Below, piece by piece: positions 9,891 to 20,192 of a DNA stretch of 64,000 nt. The notes below the pieces were generated by a model. That model was not told the origin of the DNA and did not search any database. It saw nothing but the letters and a program-made list of their open reading frames with translations. Where the stretch lies: positions 1,888,001 through 1,952,000 of the forward strand of contig OZ252220.1 in NCBI GenBank assembly GCA_965249135.1. The letters run 5' to 3'. The first letter of the stretch is position 1. The number at the start of each line of letters is the position of its first letter. Origin of the DNA: Alphaproteobacteria bacterium (lineage in GTDB: Bacteria; Pseudomonadota; Alphaproteobacteria; GCA-2746255). The translations under genes were made by a program, and so were the position numbers.

Positions 9891-11588
9891 ATGTTCCATC
9901 GGCTTTTCTGTCTCTTGGCCGTGCTTCTGCTGAGTGTTGGGTTTTCCGCCGCCATGGCTGGACCCCTTGACGCCCTTTTCGCACCAAAGGTGGAACCGTG
10001 GGGGCAGCGGGAGGCCTTTGATCCGGATTCGAAGACCCGGGTCAAGCACCTGCCATGGGCCCGCTTCCTTGCCAGCTACGTCGAGCTTGGCCCGGACGGG
10101 ATCAACCGCCTCGCCTATCACAAGGTCACCGAAGCCGATCGTGCAACGCTTGAGAATTACCTTGCCGCACTCGGGAAGACGCCCGTGAAGGTGCTTAATC
10201 GTAACGAGCAACTCGCCTATTGGATCAATTTTTATAACGCACTCACCGCGAAAGTCGTGCTCGATCACTATCCGGTCGAAAGCATTCGTGACATCGACAT
10301 TTCACCGGGCCTCTTCGCAGACGGGCCATGGGATGCGAAGCTGGTTACCGTGGATGGGGTCGAGCTTTCTCTGAACGATATGGAGCATCGTATCCTTCGC
10401 CCCATCTGGAAGGACCCCCGCGTTCATTACGGGGTCAATTGCGCATCGATTGGGTGTCCGAATCTTCAGACGTTTGCTTTCGAAGGCGACAAGATCGACG
10501 GAATGCTGGAAGACACGGCGATTGAATACATCAACCACCCACGCGGGGCGCGGGTCGAGAACGGTAAGCTGATTGTTTCCAGCATCTATTCCTGGTTCGA
10601 AGAGGACTTTGGTGGCGAAGAAGGCGTGCTTACGCACCTTCGCACCTATGCAGGCCCGGAGCTGAAGGAAAGCCTTGCCGGGATTCGTTCGGTTGACGGT
10701 AACGAATACGACTGGTCGTTAAACGACGTCGCTGCTTACGAAGCGGCGGTAGGGGGCCTCGTGCCACCGGAGGGCTTCACGGTGCCTACGGCCGTCGCCC
10801 TCAAGCAATGGGAGGCACATGAACCCAAGGCGACGGAAAAGATCGACCACGCCGCCTGGGCCGCATTCCTCACCAAATATGTCGCGCCGGGGGAAGATGC
10901 GATCAACCGCGTCGATTATGGCGCGGTGACAAAGGCAGACCGCAACGCGCTTGTGGCCTATATCAAAGGGCTGGAGGCGATACCGATTCGACGCTACAGC
11001 CGGGCCGAGCAGTTCGCTTACTGGGTCAATCTCTATAACGCAGCCATCGTCAAGCTTGTTCTCGACCATTACTGGTTGAGCAGCATTCTCGACATCGACG
11101 GCGAAGGAGACCTCGCCACCGATAGCGGACCATGGGATGCGAAGCTTGTAACCGTCGAGGGCGTGAAACTCTCGTTCAATGACATCGAAAGCCGCGCCTT
11201 GCGTCCCATCTGGAAGGATCCGCGAATCCACTACGCCTTAAGCTGTGCCGCATACGGGTGTGCCGATCTCCAGCCCGTTCCCTTCACGGCGGCGAACACG
11301 GAAGCCTTGCTGGCCAAAGCCGCCGAGGTCTATGTGAACCATCCGAGCGGCGCGCGCATCCGCAAGGGCAAGCTGATCGTTTCCGCCATCTATGCCTGGT
11401 ATCTGGAGGATTTCGGTGGGAATGACGAAAGCGTGCTGCGTCACCTTCGGCAATATGCGAAGCCAGCGTTCAAACGAGAACTCTCCGAGATCGAACGCGT
11501 CGCCAAGGTCGATTACGACTGGACTCTGAACGACGCCTCGCGTTCGCCATGGTCGGAAACGAAAAAACGCGGGAGCTTTACGAAATAA
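9891..11588 (+). CDS. Exported protein with two tandem DUF547 domains
   Basis: Signal peptide from ATG 9891. Two copies of AYW(I/V)N.YNA...DPR(V/I)HY...C..(I/Y)GC..L...YDW.LND. Confidence 0.85.
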   Translation: MFHRLFCLLAVLLLSVGFSAAMAGPLDALFAPKVEPWGQREAFDPDSKTRVKHLPWARFLASYVELGPDGINRLAYHKVTEADRATLENYLAALGKTPVKVLNRNEQLAYWINFYNALTAKVVLDHYPVESIRDIDISPGLFADGPWDAKLVTVDGVELSLNDMEHRILRPIWKDPRVHYGVNCASIGCPNLQTFAFEGDKIDGMLEDTAIEYINHPRGARVENGKLIVSSIYSWFEEDFGGEEGVLTHLRTYAGPELKESLAGIRSVDGNEYDWSLNDVAAYEAAVGGLVPPEGFTVPTAVALKQWEAHEPKATEKIDHAAWAAFLTKYVAPGEDAINRVDYGAVTKADRNALVAYIKGLEAIPIRRYSRAEQFAYWVNLYNAAIVKLVLDHYWLSSILDIDGEGDLATDSGPWDAKLVTVEGVKLSFNDIESRALRPIWKDPRIHYALSCAAYGCADLQPVPFTAANTEALLAKAAEVYVNHPSGARIRKGKLIVSAIYAWYLEDFGGNDESVLRHLRQYAKPAFKRELSEIERVAKVDYDWTLNDASRSPWSETKKRGSFTK

Positions 11589-12997
11589 CGATTCCTCGCA
11601 CCGACGTGGTCGTCCGTGCCGCCTGGATCGCGCTCGGGCTTGCGTTGGTCGGGGCCCAGTTTTTTCTGCTAGATCTTTCGGCGAGTTTTGAGAGTGTGTA
11701 TCGACTCCCCGTGCCGGCGACGTTACGCCTCGTCGCGCTCGGCGTAACGGCAGGGGCTCTCTTCCTTACCCTGCCATCTCTCATCCGACGGACGGCAAAC
11801 AGACGAGCGCTTTTCTTGTGGATGCTTGGCGTCGGTCTTGCCATGCGCCTCGTCCTTCTTCCTTCGACACCCATATTGGAGGACGATTACCACCGCTACC
11901 TCTGGGACGGCGCCGTCGTTGCGACGGGTCACGATCCCTACCTCTATGCACCGGCCGACGTGTCGGAAGGTGCGGCACCGGAAAGCCTGCAGCAACTTGA
12001 GGCTAGCGCCGGTGAAGTCCTTGAGCGCATCAACCACCCGGAGGTACGAACCGTTTACCCGGTCTTGGCGCAAGCCTTCTTTGCGGGTGCGCATGCGCTT
12101 TTGCCATTCAGTTTGGAGGCCTGGCGGGGGGTCCTGTTGCTTGCCGACGTCACTTCCCTGGCGTTGCTGCTGTTTCTGTTGAAAACCCTTGGGCGCTCGC
12201 CGCTTTGGGCCGCACTTTTCTGGTGGAACCCACTGCTTGTAAAAGAGCTCATCAACTCCGCCCACATGGATGGCCTGCTGCTTCCATTTCTGATTGGCGC
12301 GCTCCTCCTTACGCTACGCGGACGGCATTGGTTTGCGAATTTCGCCCTGGCTTGTGCGGTCGGTGTGAAATTATGGCCCATTGTGCTGTGGCCGTTCTTT
12401 CTTCGCCCAGGTTTCGGAAAACGAGGCGCTTACCTCCTCGCAGTTCTTTTCTTTTCGATTCCATGCGGTCTTTTTCTTCTGCCTCAGTTCCTAGCGGGTC
12501 TCGATGAGGGGTCCGGCTTGGCCGTCTATGGCCGGCAATGGGAGATGAACGATGCCCTTTTCCTTCTCGTGCTTGAATTTGCAAAAGGGATACTCGCAGC
12601 CCTTTCGCTCGTTGGGTCGGCACCGGATGCGGCGCGCGGGCTGGTTCTTTTCGCCGTTCTTGGCGCGAGCCTATGGCTGGCGCGTTCGCCAGGCGAAGCG
12701 GCCCTTTGTCGCGGTATGCTTCTTGTCACCGCGCTTCTTTTCCTTCTGAGCCCGGCGGTCTTTCCATGGTACTACGCGTGGCTTGTCCCTTTGCTTGTGC
12801 TTAGTCCTAAGCTTTCGCTGCTCACGCTGACGGTGACGCTCCCGCTCTATTATTTACGCTTTGTGTTTGCCGATGCCGGACGTGCCGATATTTTCGATTT
12901 CGGGATCGTCTGGATTGAGGTGGTGCCTGTCCTTTTGCTATTCGCATGGGAGGAGCGTGGGAGATGGAGAGAGAAGCGGGGCTTTCATGCGACATGA
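11549..12997 (+). CDS. Polytopic membrane glycosyltransferase (GT87/DUF2029-like)
   Basis: EDDYHRYLWDG, INHP...TVYP, WNPL..KE...SAHMD, FPWY; many TM helices. The true start may be GTG 11606. Confidence 0.75.
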   Translation: MVGNEKTRELYEITIPRTDVVVRAAWIALGLALVGAQFFLLDLSASFESVYRLPVPATLRLVALGVTAGALFLTLPSLIRRTANRRALFLWMLGVGLAMRLVLLPSTPILEDDYHRYLWDGAVVATGHDPYLYAPADVSEGAAPESLQQLEASAGEVLERINHPEVRTVYPVLAQAFFAGAHALLPFSLEAWRGVLLLADVTSLALLLFLLKTLGRSPLWAALFWWNPLLVKELINSAHMDGLLLPFLIGALLLTLRGRHWFANFALACAVGVKLWPIVLWPFFLRPGFGKRGAYLLAVLFFSIPCGLFLLPQFLAGLDEGSGLAVYGRQWEMNDALFLLVLEFAKGILAALSLVGSAPDAARGLVLFAVLGASLWLARSPGEAALCRGMLLVTALLFLLSPAVFPWYYAWLVPLLVLSPKLSLLTLTVTLPLYYLRFVFADAGRADIFDFGIVWIEVVPVLLLFAWEERGRWREKRGFHAT

Positions 12998-13709
12998 TGC
13001 ACGAATCGGCGTTGTCATACCGGCGCTTGATGAAGCGTCGGCCATCGGTAAGGTGATTGCGGCGATCCCTTCTTGGCTGGATGAGATCGTCGTTGTGGAT
13101 AACGGATCGACCGATGGCACGGTTGCGGTTGCCAGCGCGGCGGGCGCGCGTGTTGTCAATGAGTCACAACGCGGTTATGGTAAAGCCTGCCAGCGCGGCT
13201 TGCACGCACTCGAGCGCGTGGATGTCATCGTCTTTCTTGACGGGGATTTCAGCGACTATCCTGAGGAAATGGCCGATCTCGTCGATCCGATTCTGGAGGG
13301 CCGCGCGGAACTTGTCATCGGCTCCCGTGTCCTGGGCGAGGCGGTGGCGGGTGCGCTTACCTCGGTCCAGCGGTGGGGAAATCGGCTCGCCGTATCGCTT
13401 ATCCGGTTTTTCTATGGCGAACGCTTCACGGATCTTGGTCCCTTCCGGGCGATCCGGCGAGAAGCACTGGAGCGCCTTTCCATGATGGACCCCGACTATG
13501 GGTGGACGGTCGAAATGCAGGTAAAGGCAGCAAAACTTAAACTCGCCTCGATGGAAGTTCCGGTTCGCTATCGCCCGCGGATCGGTGTTTCGAAAATCTC
13601 AGGTACGGTTCGGGGAAGTTACCAGGCAGGAAAGAATATCCTTTTCCTTATACTTCGTGAGCGCTTTCGTTCTTCGCCGTTTCCGCCGCCCGCTTCAGAA
13701 GATCGATGA
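12987..13709 (+). CDS. Glycosyltransferase family 2 (DPM1-like)
   Basis: VVIPALDE, VVDNGSTDGT, FLDGDFSD, TDLGPFRAI, GWTVEMQ. Confidence 0.92.
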   Translation: MRHDARIGVVIPALDEASAIGKVIAAIPSWLDEIVVVDNGSTDGTVAVASAAGARVVNESQRGYGKACQRGLHALERVDVIVFLDGDFSDYPEEMADLVDPILEGRAELVIGSRVLGEAVAGALTSVQRWGNRLAVSLIRFFYGERFTDLGPFRAIRREALERLSMMDPDYGWTVEMQVKAAKLKLASMEVPVRYRPRIGVSKISGTVRGSYQAGKNILFLILRERFRSSPFPPPASEDR

Positions 13710-14316
13710 CTTCCTCATCGCGCGTTTGGCGAAAGTCCGCGTAATAGTAGCCGATCGCGCCAAGATCGAACGGTCGTTCCAAACAGACGACCTCATCCAC
13801 CTCTTTTTCTAAACGCTCGATCGTATCCGGCGGCGCCACGGGAACGGCAAGGATGAGCCGTGTTGGGTTTTTCTTACGGATCACCTTCAACGCGGCCCGC
13901 ATCGTTGCCCCCGTCGCGATCCCGTCGTCCACGACGATTGCCGTTAGGCCCTTGACGGAGGTTCGAGGTTTCCCGCCACGGTAAAGCTCCCTGCGTTTTG
14001 CGATTTCTTCGCGTTGGCGGCTCGCCTCCCAGCTCAGGAAGGCCTCGGAGATACCAAACGCGCGAACGATCTCCGGATTCGTCACCGTTTCCGGTTCCTC
14101 GCTCTCGACGATGGCGCCGATGGCGAGTTCCGACTGGCCCGGTGCCCCGAGCTTGCGCACCAGGACTACGTCGAGGCGGGATTTCAATGCCTTTGCGATT
14201 TCGTGAGCGACGACGACGCCCCCTCGGGGCAATGCCAGCACGACCGTCTTGTCACCGGCCAGGTGGTGAAGCTTGGCGGCCAGTCTTGCACCTGCATCGC
14301 TTCGATCTTCGAACAT
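13648..14316 (-). CDS. Phosphoribosyltransferase family protein
   Basis: LALPRGG, VRKLGAP, VVDDGIATGAT PRPP-binding loop. Confidence 0.9.
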   Translation of the reverse strand: MFEDRSDAGARLAAKLHHLAGDKTVVLALPRGGVVVAHEIAKALKSRLDVVLVRKLGAPGQSELAIGAIVESEEPETVTNPEIVRAFGISEAFLSWEASRQREEIAKRRELYRGGKPRTSVKGLTAIVVDDGIATGATMRAALKVIRKKNPTRLILAVPVAPPDTIERLEKEVDEVVCLERPFDLGAIGYYYADFRQTRDEEVIDLLKRAAETAKNESAHEV

Positions 14317-14624
14317 GGCCGGCCTCTTTTCATGGATCTCTGACGAATGGCCATTTCAGCCTTCGGCGCACGTAATGGTAGCCTTGGAAGGGTTCGGACT
14401 TCCACCTTCGAACGGGCCGCGCCGTTCCTCCTAGCTAGGGCAAAGATGGCAAGGAAACCAGCAGTTCCCGCGCTTAATCGCACGGCCTTCGGCCAGGGTT
14501 AACCTTTGATAAATCGCACGGGTGCTATAGCCAAGGTCAGAAACGATTGCCAGCGGCAGGCGGGAGGAACGAAACGTGCCATCGTTGCAGACCTTATTTG
14601 CAAACCTGCGCCCGTTGGTGCTGG

Positions 14625-15782
14625 GTGGACTTTACCCGCGATCAGCTTGCCGAGCTGCTTTCTTCGCGACGTCATTCGCCACTCGTGCAACGGCGCCGCG
14701 CCGTCATGGTCGCCTCGCGCGTGCGCATGGTGGCGGCGATCCTCGCCATACTCACGCTTTTGTGGATCCCGATCGACCCGTTGGTTTTCGAGTGGCCGCT
14801 CTGGAGCATTCTGACGGCGGGACGCGTCTTCGCAGGCGCCGGCTTCCTTGTGGTCGTGTGCATGTATCGGGACGTCGAAAGCATGCCGGTCGCCTATCGG
14901 GCGCTTGCGATTCTATTTACGATACCGACCGCCTTCTATTTGTTTTCCTATCCGTTCCTCGAGTTCGACGCAATGGCGAGCCTCGCCATCATATTAGCGA
15001 GCAGCTATGCGTTTCTTCCCTTCATCATGGTCACGGGCCTTGCGATCTTCCCATTGACTGCCCTGGAAGGCGTGTGTTTCGCGATTCCGCTCATTGGCAT
15101 CGCGCTTTTCGCGGCCTTATCGGAGTTCCATGGAATGCTCTGGAGCAACTACATGGGCGCAATGTGGTTACTGGGTCTGGTAGCGATCGTGGCGGTCGTG
15201 GCGGCCATGAGCCAGCTTCGCTTCTTGTTGGCGATCGTCACGGAAGCGGCGCATGATAGCCTGACGGGAACCATCACCCGTGCCTATGGCGAAGAGCTTC
15301 TGACCACCCAATACTACCAATCGGAACGGCATGGTGTGCCGCTGGCCATTGGCTTCGTGGATCTGGATGATTTCAAATCCGTCAACGACACCTTCGGTCA
15401 TGAGGAAGGCGACCGTCTTCTGAAGGAGGTAGCGGGTTCACTGCGCCGCAGTTTACGTGGCGGCGACATGATCGTGCGTTGGGGTGGGGAAGAGTTTCTC
15501 CTCATCCCTCCCCATACGGATGCGGCAGGTGCGGAGACCCTGGCGGCACGTTTGGGTCGGGTCGGGTTCGGTGTTCGCCCCGATGGCGAGCCGATCACCG
15601 TCAGCATGAGGATCGCCGAACGCAAGCATGACGTCACGCAAAACCTGCTGCAATTGGTCGAGATCGCCGATGACCGCATGTATGCGGCGAAGGAGGACGG
15701 GAAGAATCATATCGTGAGTTGCGGCGATCGCGTGATCCGTTGGGGGGATGCGGGGCCGAAGAAGGTCGCCCTGACGGCTTAA
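14625..15782 (+). CDS. Membrane-bound diguanylate cyclase (GGDEF)
   Basis: Multi-TM N-terminus, then DLDDFKSVNDTFGHEEGD, RWGGEEF, ADDRMYAAK. Start uncertain. Confidence 0.88.
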   Translation: MDFTRDQLAELLSSRRHSPLVQRRRAVMVASRVRMVAAILAILTLLWIPIDPLVFEWPLWSILTAGRVFAGAGFLVVVCMYRDVESMPVAYRALAILFTIPTAFYLFSYPFLEFDAMASLAIILASSYAFLPFIMVTGLAIFPLTALEGVCFAIPLIGIALFAALSEFHGMLWSNYMGAMWLLGLVAIVAVVAAMSQLRFLLAIVTEAAHDSLTGTITRAYGEELLTTQYYQSERHGVPLAIGFVDLDDFKSVNDTFGHEEGDRLLKEVAGSLRRSLRGGDMIVRWGGEEFLLIPPHTDAAGAETLAARLGRVGFGVRPDGEPITVSMRIAERKHDVTQNLLQLVEIADDRMYAAKEDGKNHIVSCGDRVIRWGDAGPKKVALTA

Positions 15783-15840
15783 GGAAAAGCAAAAGGCTTT
15801 TAAGCGGCATCGCGTTCACGGGCGTCATTGGAATAGATCG

Positions 15841-15927
15841 TGGTGCCCCCAGGGAGACTCGAACTCCCACGTCCTTACGGACAACAGATTTTGAGTCTGC
15901 CGCGTCTACCAGTTCCGCCACAGGGGC
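15841..15927 (-). tRNA. tRNA-Leu(CAA)
   Basis: Minus strand GCCCCTGTGGCGGAACTGGTAGACGCGGCAGACT-CAA-AATCTGTTGTCCGTAAGGACGTGGGAGTTCGAGTCTCCCTGGGGGCACCA; long variable arm; encoded CCA. Confidence 0.97.
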
Positions 15928-16044
15928 AAGGGAACCCATCCTAGCCTTCCGACAAACCCGGTCAATGGCCGGGGCTTGCTTCTCCGCGTCGCACACGGTC
16001 TATTGGCGGGAACCCCCTTCGTCATGCGCGAATGGTCGTCAAGG

Positions 16045-16626
16045 ATGCTGAAAGGACTCTACGACGGAACGATGCGTCTTGCCGCGGGCCCTCGGGCACC
16101 GACGGCGCTCACGGCCATCTCCTTTGCAGAAAGCTCCTTCTTTCCGGTGCCGCCGGACCTGCTGCTCATCCCCATGTGTCTGGCCGCCCGCGAGCGGGCC
16201 TTTTTCTATGCCGGCCTTTGCACGCTGGCGTCCGTCGCCGGCGCGTTGCTCGGTTATGGGATCGGCTATTTCTTCTATGAAACGATCGGCCATCCTCTGC
16301 TCGAGCTCTATGGCTTCATGGAAGCGTTTGAAACCTTTCGGCATCGCTACTACGCGTGGGGAATCTGGATCGTCGCTGGTGCCGGTTTCACGCCGTTTCC
16401 CTACAAGGTGATCACGATCGCAAGCGGCGTCGTCGGCATGGCCCTGTTGCCTTTTCTGCTTGCTTCGCTCGTGTCGCGCGGCATTCGTTTCTATCTGGAG
16501 GCGGGCCTTCTTTGGTATTTCGGCCCGTCGATCCGTGGCTTCGTCGAGAAGAACCTAGCGCCGCTTTCCATCCTCGCCTTTCTGCTAGCGATCGGGCTTG
16601 TCGTCCTTCTAAGGTATGTCCCATGA
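16045..16626 (+). CDS. DedA/YqaA family membrane protein
   Basis: SFAESSFFPVPPDLLL, GFTPFPYKVITIASG, SRGIRF. Confidence 0.92.
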   Translation: MLKGLYDGTMRLAAGPRAPTALTAISFAESSFFPVPPDLLLIPMCLAARERAFFYAGLCTLASVAGALLGYGIGYFFYETIGHPLLELYGFMEAFETFRHRYYAWGIWIVAGAGFTPFPYKVITIASGVVGMALLPFLLASLVSRGIRFYLEAGLLWYFGPSIRGFVEKNLAPLSILAFLLAIGLVVLLRYVP

Positions 16627-17117
16627 CGATGGCCCCAAGGACGGTGTGGTTCGGCTTTCTGGCCGCAAGCCTGGCCGTCCTTGCGACGGCCTATGGGTTG
16701 GAGTTCTTAGGCGGGCTTAAGCCCTGCGTACTTTGTCTCTATCAGCGCATCCCCTATGGTCTGGTGGCCGGCCTCGCGCTTGGTGCGCTTTTCTTCCATG
16801 GGAGTCCGAAAGGTGCCGCCGCGCTTTGCCTCGGCTTCGCCTTCATCTTTGTCGGGGGGGCGGCGCTTTCCTTCTATCATGTCGGCGTCGAACAGGACTG
16901 GTTTGCACTTCTGGAGGCCTGCGGCGAAGGGGGAGCCAGTCAAGGCATTGACGCACTTCGCGAATCCCTTGCCGCCACCCGGCCCGTGCGTTGCGACGAG
17001 GTCGCCTGGTCCTTCTTCGGGATTTCGCTCGCGGGCTTTAATCTGCTGGTCTCCGTTCTCCTGATGGCGCTGGCCATCGCCGCCGCCAGGACCTTAAGGA
17101 AGGAGCCAACGCCGTGA
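16623..17117 (+). CDS. dsbB: Disulfide bond formation protein B
   Basis: PCVLCLYQR motif, YHVGVE, second Cys pair (C...VRCDE); 4 TM segments. Confidence 0.88.
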   Translation: MTMAPRTVWFGFLAASLAVLATAYGLEFLGGLKPCVLCLYQRIPYGLVAGLALGALFFHGSPKGAAALCLGFAFIFVGGAALSFYHVGVEQDWFALLEACGEGGASQGIDALRESLAATRPVRCDEVAWSFFGISLAGFNLLVSVLLMALAIAAARTLRKEPTP

Positions 17118-17689
17118 CGGAAAAGGCGAAGGAGAAAGTGAATGAGACGGCGCGAGCACGACTGCCGGGCGATCCTCCTCGGGGGGAGTCGGTAAAAAGG
17201 ATGATCCGTGTCGATCACGCCGGTGAGTACGGGGCCGTGCAGATTTACAAGGGCCAGATGGCGGTGCTGGGCCGCTCCGGCCAGCGGGACGTCTTGCAGC
17301 AGATGCTCGATCAGGAGCGAGCGCATCTGGATACCTTCGAGGAATGGATCGCGAATCGCCGCGTGCGTCCAACGCTCCTTACCCCTTGCTGGCGTGTCGC
17401 CGGTTACGCATTGGGGGTGGCGACGGCGCTTCTGGGGGAACGGGCCGCGATGGCTTGCACGGTCGCCGTCGAAGAAGTGATTGCCGAACACTATGAGGGC
17501 CAGCTCTGCCAGCTTGGCGAAGAGGAGTCGGAATTGAGGGAGACGATTGCGGCCTTCCGGGCCGATGAATTGGCGCACAAAGACCTCGCCATCGAACATG
17601 GCGCGGAAGCGGCGCCTGCGTACACGCTCCTGAACGGTGCGATCAAGGCGGCGTCACGACTGGCAATCTGGCTTTCTACGCGGGTGTGA
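17114..17689 (+). CDS. coq7: Demethoxyubiquinone hydroxylase (Coq7)
   Basis: RMIRVDHAGEYGAVQIY.GQ, E..H, CTVAVEEVI.EHY, DELAH di-iron motifs. Confidence 0.93.
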   Translation: MTEKAKEKVNETARARLPGDPPRGESVKRMIRVDHAGEYGAVQIYKGQMAVLGRSGQRDVLQQMLDQERAHLDTFEEWIANRRVRPTLLTPCWRVAGYALGVATALLGERAAMACTVAVEEVIAEHYEGQLCQLGEEESELRETIAAFRADELAHKDLAIEHGAEAAPAYTLLNGAIKAASRLAIWLSTRV

Positions 17690-17710
17690 TGGGCCTCGCC
17701 GGCCACGGCT

Positions 17711-18274
17711 TTAAGACTGCTCGAGCTCCGTATCCCAGTAGAGATAGTCCCGCCAGCTTTTGTGAAGATAATTCGGCGGAAAGGCGCGGCCGTTTTCACG
17801 AAGCTCATAGGTGTTTGGCCGCAAGGGCTGGGCCATCGGGTACATGCCGCTTTGTCCCGGCGTGCGTCCGCCTTTACGAATGTTGCAGTGACCACAGGCG
17901 GAGACGACGTTCGTCCACGTCGTCCGACCGCCACAGGAACGTGGCACGACGTGATCGAAGGTCAGGTCTTCGGAGGCGAACGGCCCCCCGCAATAGAGAC
18001 ACTGGAAGCGATCCCGCAAGAAAACGTTGAACCGCGTGAAGGCGGGATAACGGTTGATGGGGATGTATTTCTTGAGCGCGATCACGCTTGGAAGCCGAAA
18101 CTTGCAGCTTGGCGAATGGATGAAGAGATCGTATTCGGAAAGGATGCTGACCCGGTTCAGCACGATCGCCTTGATCGCGCTCTGCCACGACCAAGTCGAC
18201 AGCGGAAAATAGTTCAACGGCTGAAAATCCGCGTTCAGCACGAGGGCCGGATAGTTCTTCAGTTGCGCTTCCAC
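17711..18274 (-). CDS. HNH endonuclease family protein
   Basis: ALVLNADFQPL, RDRFQCLYCG, TFDHVVPRSCGG...NVVSAC..CN..K. Confidence 0.9.
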   Translation of the reverse strand: MEAQLKNYPALVLNADFQPLNYFPLSTWSWQSAIKAIVLNRVSILSEYDLFIHSPSCKFRLPSVIALKKYIPINRYPAFTRFNVFLRDRFQCLYCGGPFASEDLTFDHVVPRSCGGRTTWTNVVSACGHCNIRKGGRTPGQSGMYPMAQPLRPNTYELRENGRAFPPNYLHKSWRDYLYWDTELEQS

Positions 18275-18422
18275 GCCTTCCTCTCGCAAGCCGTTTCTGG
18301 TTTCCGCTCCGCCTCCATGAGCATGAGGCGGGCCGATTGTGCCCCGCTAAAGGAAAAAAGACCAGCAAAAACCGTATGTTGGAAGAAATTCCCGGACTTC
18401 CGGAGGAGCGGGTGGGGGGCGG

Positions 18423-19103
18423 CTAGTCCTGCTCGCTTGCCGCGAAGACGTCGGAGAGGAATCGTCCGCCAAGGGCTAGGCCGACCGTATCGATGCCGTG
18501 TCCAAGCCCTTGCGAAACATAGGACTTCACGGACACGTCCACGGTGACGAGCACGTTCTCCGTCATAATGAGGGCGGCAGCGGGGATCAAGGGGTCCGCC
18601 GCACCATGGACAAGAAGAACCGGCGGCCGAACCCGGATCTCATCGGCCAGTTGCTCAGGGCCAACGATGACGCCGGAATAACCGATGATGCCGGCCGGCG
18701 CACGGGAGCGGCGCAGTCCGACGTGAAGGGCCATCATCGTGCCTTGCGAGAAACCAATCAGGACGAGATTTTTCTCGGTGAGTCCGCGCTTTGCGAGTTC
18801 GTTATCGAGAAACCGATCCAAGAGCGGAGCCGCAGTTAAGACGCCGGCGTGCATATGCTCGAGATCAAGATTCTCCACCGGAAACCATTGGCGGCCGACC
18901 GGATGTTCGGCGCAAATCTGAGGCGCGTTTGGCGAAAGAAATTCCGCATCCGGAAGCAGGTCCGCCCAATGTGGCGTTAATCCGATGAGATCGTGCATAT
19001 CGGCTCCGTAACCATGCAAAAGCACGACGAGTTTTTTTGCAATCTCGCCCGAAGCCGGCGGATGGCAGACAGTCTCAAGTTCAACGGATTGGGGTTCGGT
19101 CAT
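18423..19103 (-). CDS. Phospholipase/carboxylesterase (alpha/beta hydrolase)
   Basis: LLHGYG, GFSQG, HG..D, GHGI. Confidence 0.92.
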   Translation of the reverse strand: MTEPQSVELETVCHPPASGEIAKKLVVLLHGYGADMHDLIGLTPHWADLLPDAEFLSPNAPQICAEHPVGRQWFPVENLDLEHMHAGVLTAAPLLDRFLDNELAKRGLTEKNLVLIGFSQGTMMALHVGLRRSRAPAGIIGYSGVIVGPEQLADEIRVRPPVLLVHGAADPLIPAAALIMTENVLVTVDVSVKSYVSQGLGHGIDTVGLALGGRFLSDVFAASEQD

Positions 19104-19148
19104 GGCATTCGTGCCGTGCCTCTCGAAGAAAGTGGAAGCTATTCAACC

Positions 19149-20192
19149 TTACGTTTGGCGTATTTCGTAGTCTGCCCAAAGGGCGAGGGTAAAAAGAAGG
19201 ACCGCGCCCGCTTGGTGGGCGACCCCAAGCGGCAGTGGTACGACAAGCAACAAGGTGGCGATTCCAAGACCGACTTGAAGGATTGCTATTCCGAAAAGAA
19301 AAGTGAACGCTGAACACGCACGTTTTGAAAGCGTTGTCTGCCAGGAGACAAGCCAAAGCACCCCGACGCCAAGAAGGCTAGCGATGCCTAAAAGCCGGTG
19401 GTTGAACTGCACACTTGCAATGTTCTCGAAGAAATTCCGCCAGCCGGGCTCCAATGCCCAGTAATCTTCCGGGATAAAGCCAGCGCCCATCCGCGGAAAG
19501 GTGTTGTAGGTGAGGCCGGCATCGGTTCCGGCGACGAAGGCGCCGGCAATCGCGGTAAGGAAAATCAGCAGAAGCATCCCACGCGTCGCACCTCGAAAAA
19601 GAGCCGCGGGGCCGGTACTTTTTGGCGGATGGAGCAGCCCAAGGCCCAAACGAAACAAGAGTGCAAAAATAAAAAGGGCCAGTGCGAGATGGGCCGCAAG
19701 GCGATAGGGACTTACGTCCGGACGATCGACCAGCCCGCTTTTTACCATGTACCAACCAAGCCAGCCTTGTAGTGCGCCGAGAAGAAACACTCCGAGCAGT
19801 TTTGGGACAAGCCTTCGGTCGATGGCGCCGCGAAACCAAAAATAAAGAAATGGAAAAAGGAAAACGATGCCGATTAATCGGCCCCATAGACGATGCAGAT
19901 ATTCCAGCCAGAAGATCGGTTTGAATTCGGCAAGCGCCATGTCGGCATTGCGCTTCTGATACTCGGGAAAGGATTGATATTTCGCGAAGACTTCCTTCCA
20001 TTCCGTTTCCGATAACGGCGGCAGAATGCTGACTAGCGGTTTCCATTCGACAATCGAAAGGCCGGCGTGGCTAAGCCGCGTCGTGCCTCCAAGGAGGATC
20101 ATGACGAAGACGAAACCCGCGCAGAGGAAAAGCCAAGTCACGAGTTGCCGTTCGTGCGCGGTATGCCGAATGGGGGTTTCTCTTGTCGTCAT
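19149..20192 (-). CDS. ctaA: Heme A synthase (COX15/CtaA)
   Basis: GGTTRL..AGLSIVEW, EYLHRLWGR, GWYMVKSGL, RLAAHL, QFNHR, HQAGA. Confidence 0.95.
   Translation of the reverse strand: MTTRETPIRHTAHERQLVTWLFLCAGFVFVMILLGGTTRLSHAGLSIVEWKPLVSILPPLSETEWKEVFAKYQSFPEYQKRNADMALAEFKPIFWLEYLHRLWGRLIGIVFLFPFLYFWFRGAIDRRLVPKLLGVFLLGALQGWLGWYMVKSGLVDRPDVSPYRLAAHLALALFIFALLFRLGLGLLHPPKSTGPAALFRGATRGMLLLIFLTAIAGAFVAGTDAGLTYNTFPRMGAGFIPEDYWALEPGWRNFFENIASVQFNHRLLGIASLLGVGVLWLVSWQTTLSKRACSAFTFLFGIAILQVGLGIATLLLVVPLPLGVAHQAGAVLLFTLALWADYEIRQT

Noticed and set aside
15841-15927. tRNA-Leu as integration site for the phage-like cluster
   Set aside because: It lies 12 kb from the cluster with core genes between; I saw no duplicated tRNA 3' end and no integrase.
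17711-18274. HNH gene as a mobile or defence element
   Set aside because: Stand-alone and host-like, with no methyltransferase, intron or repeat context.
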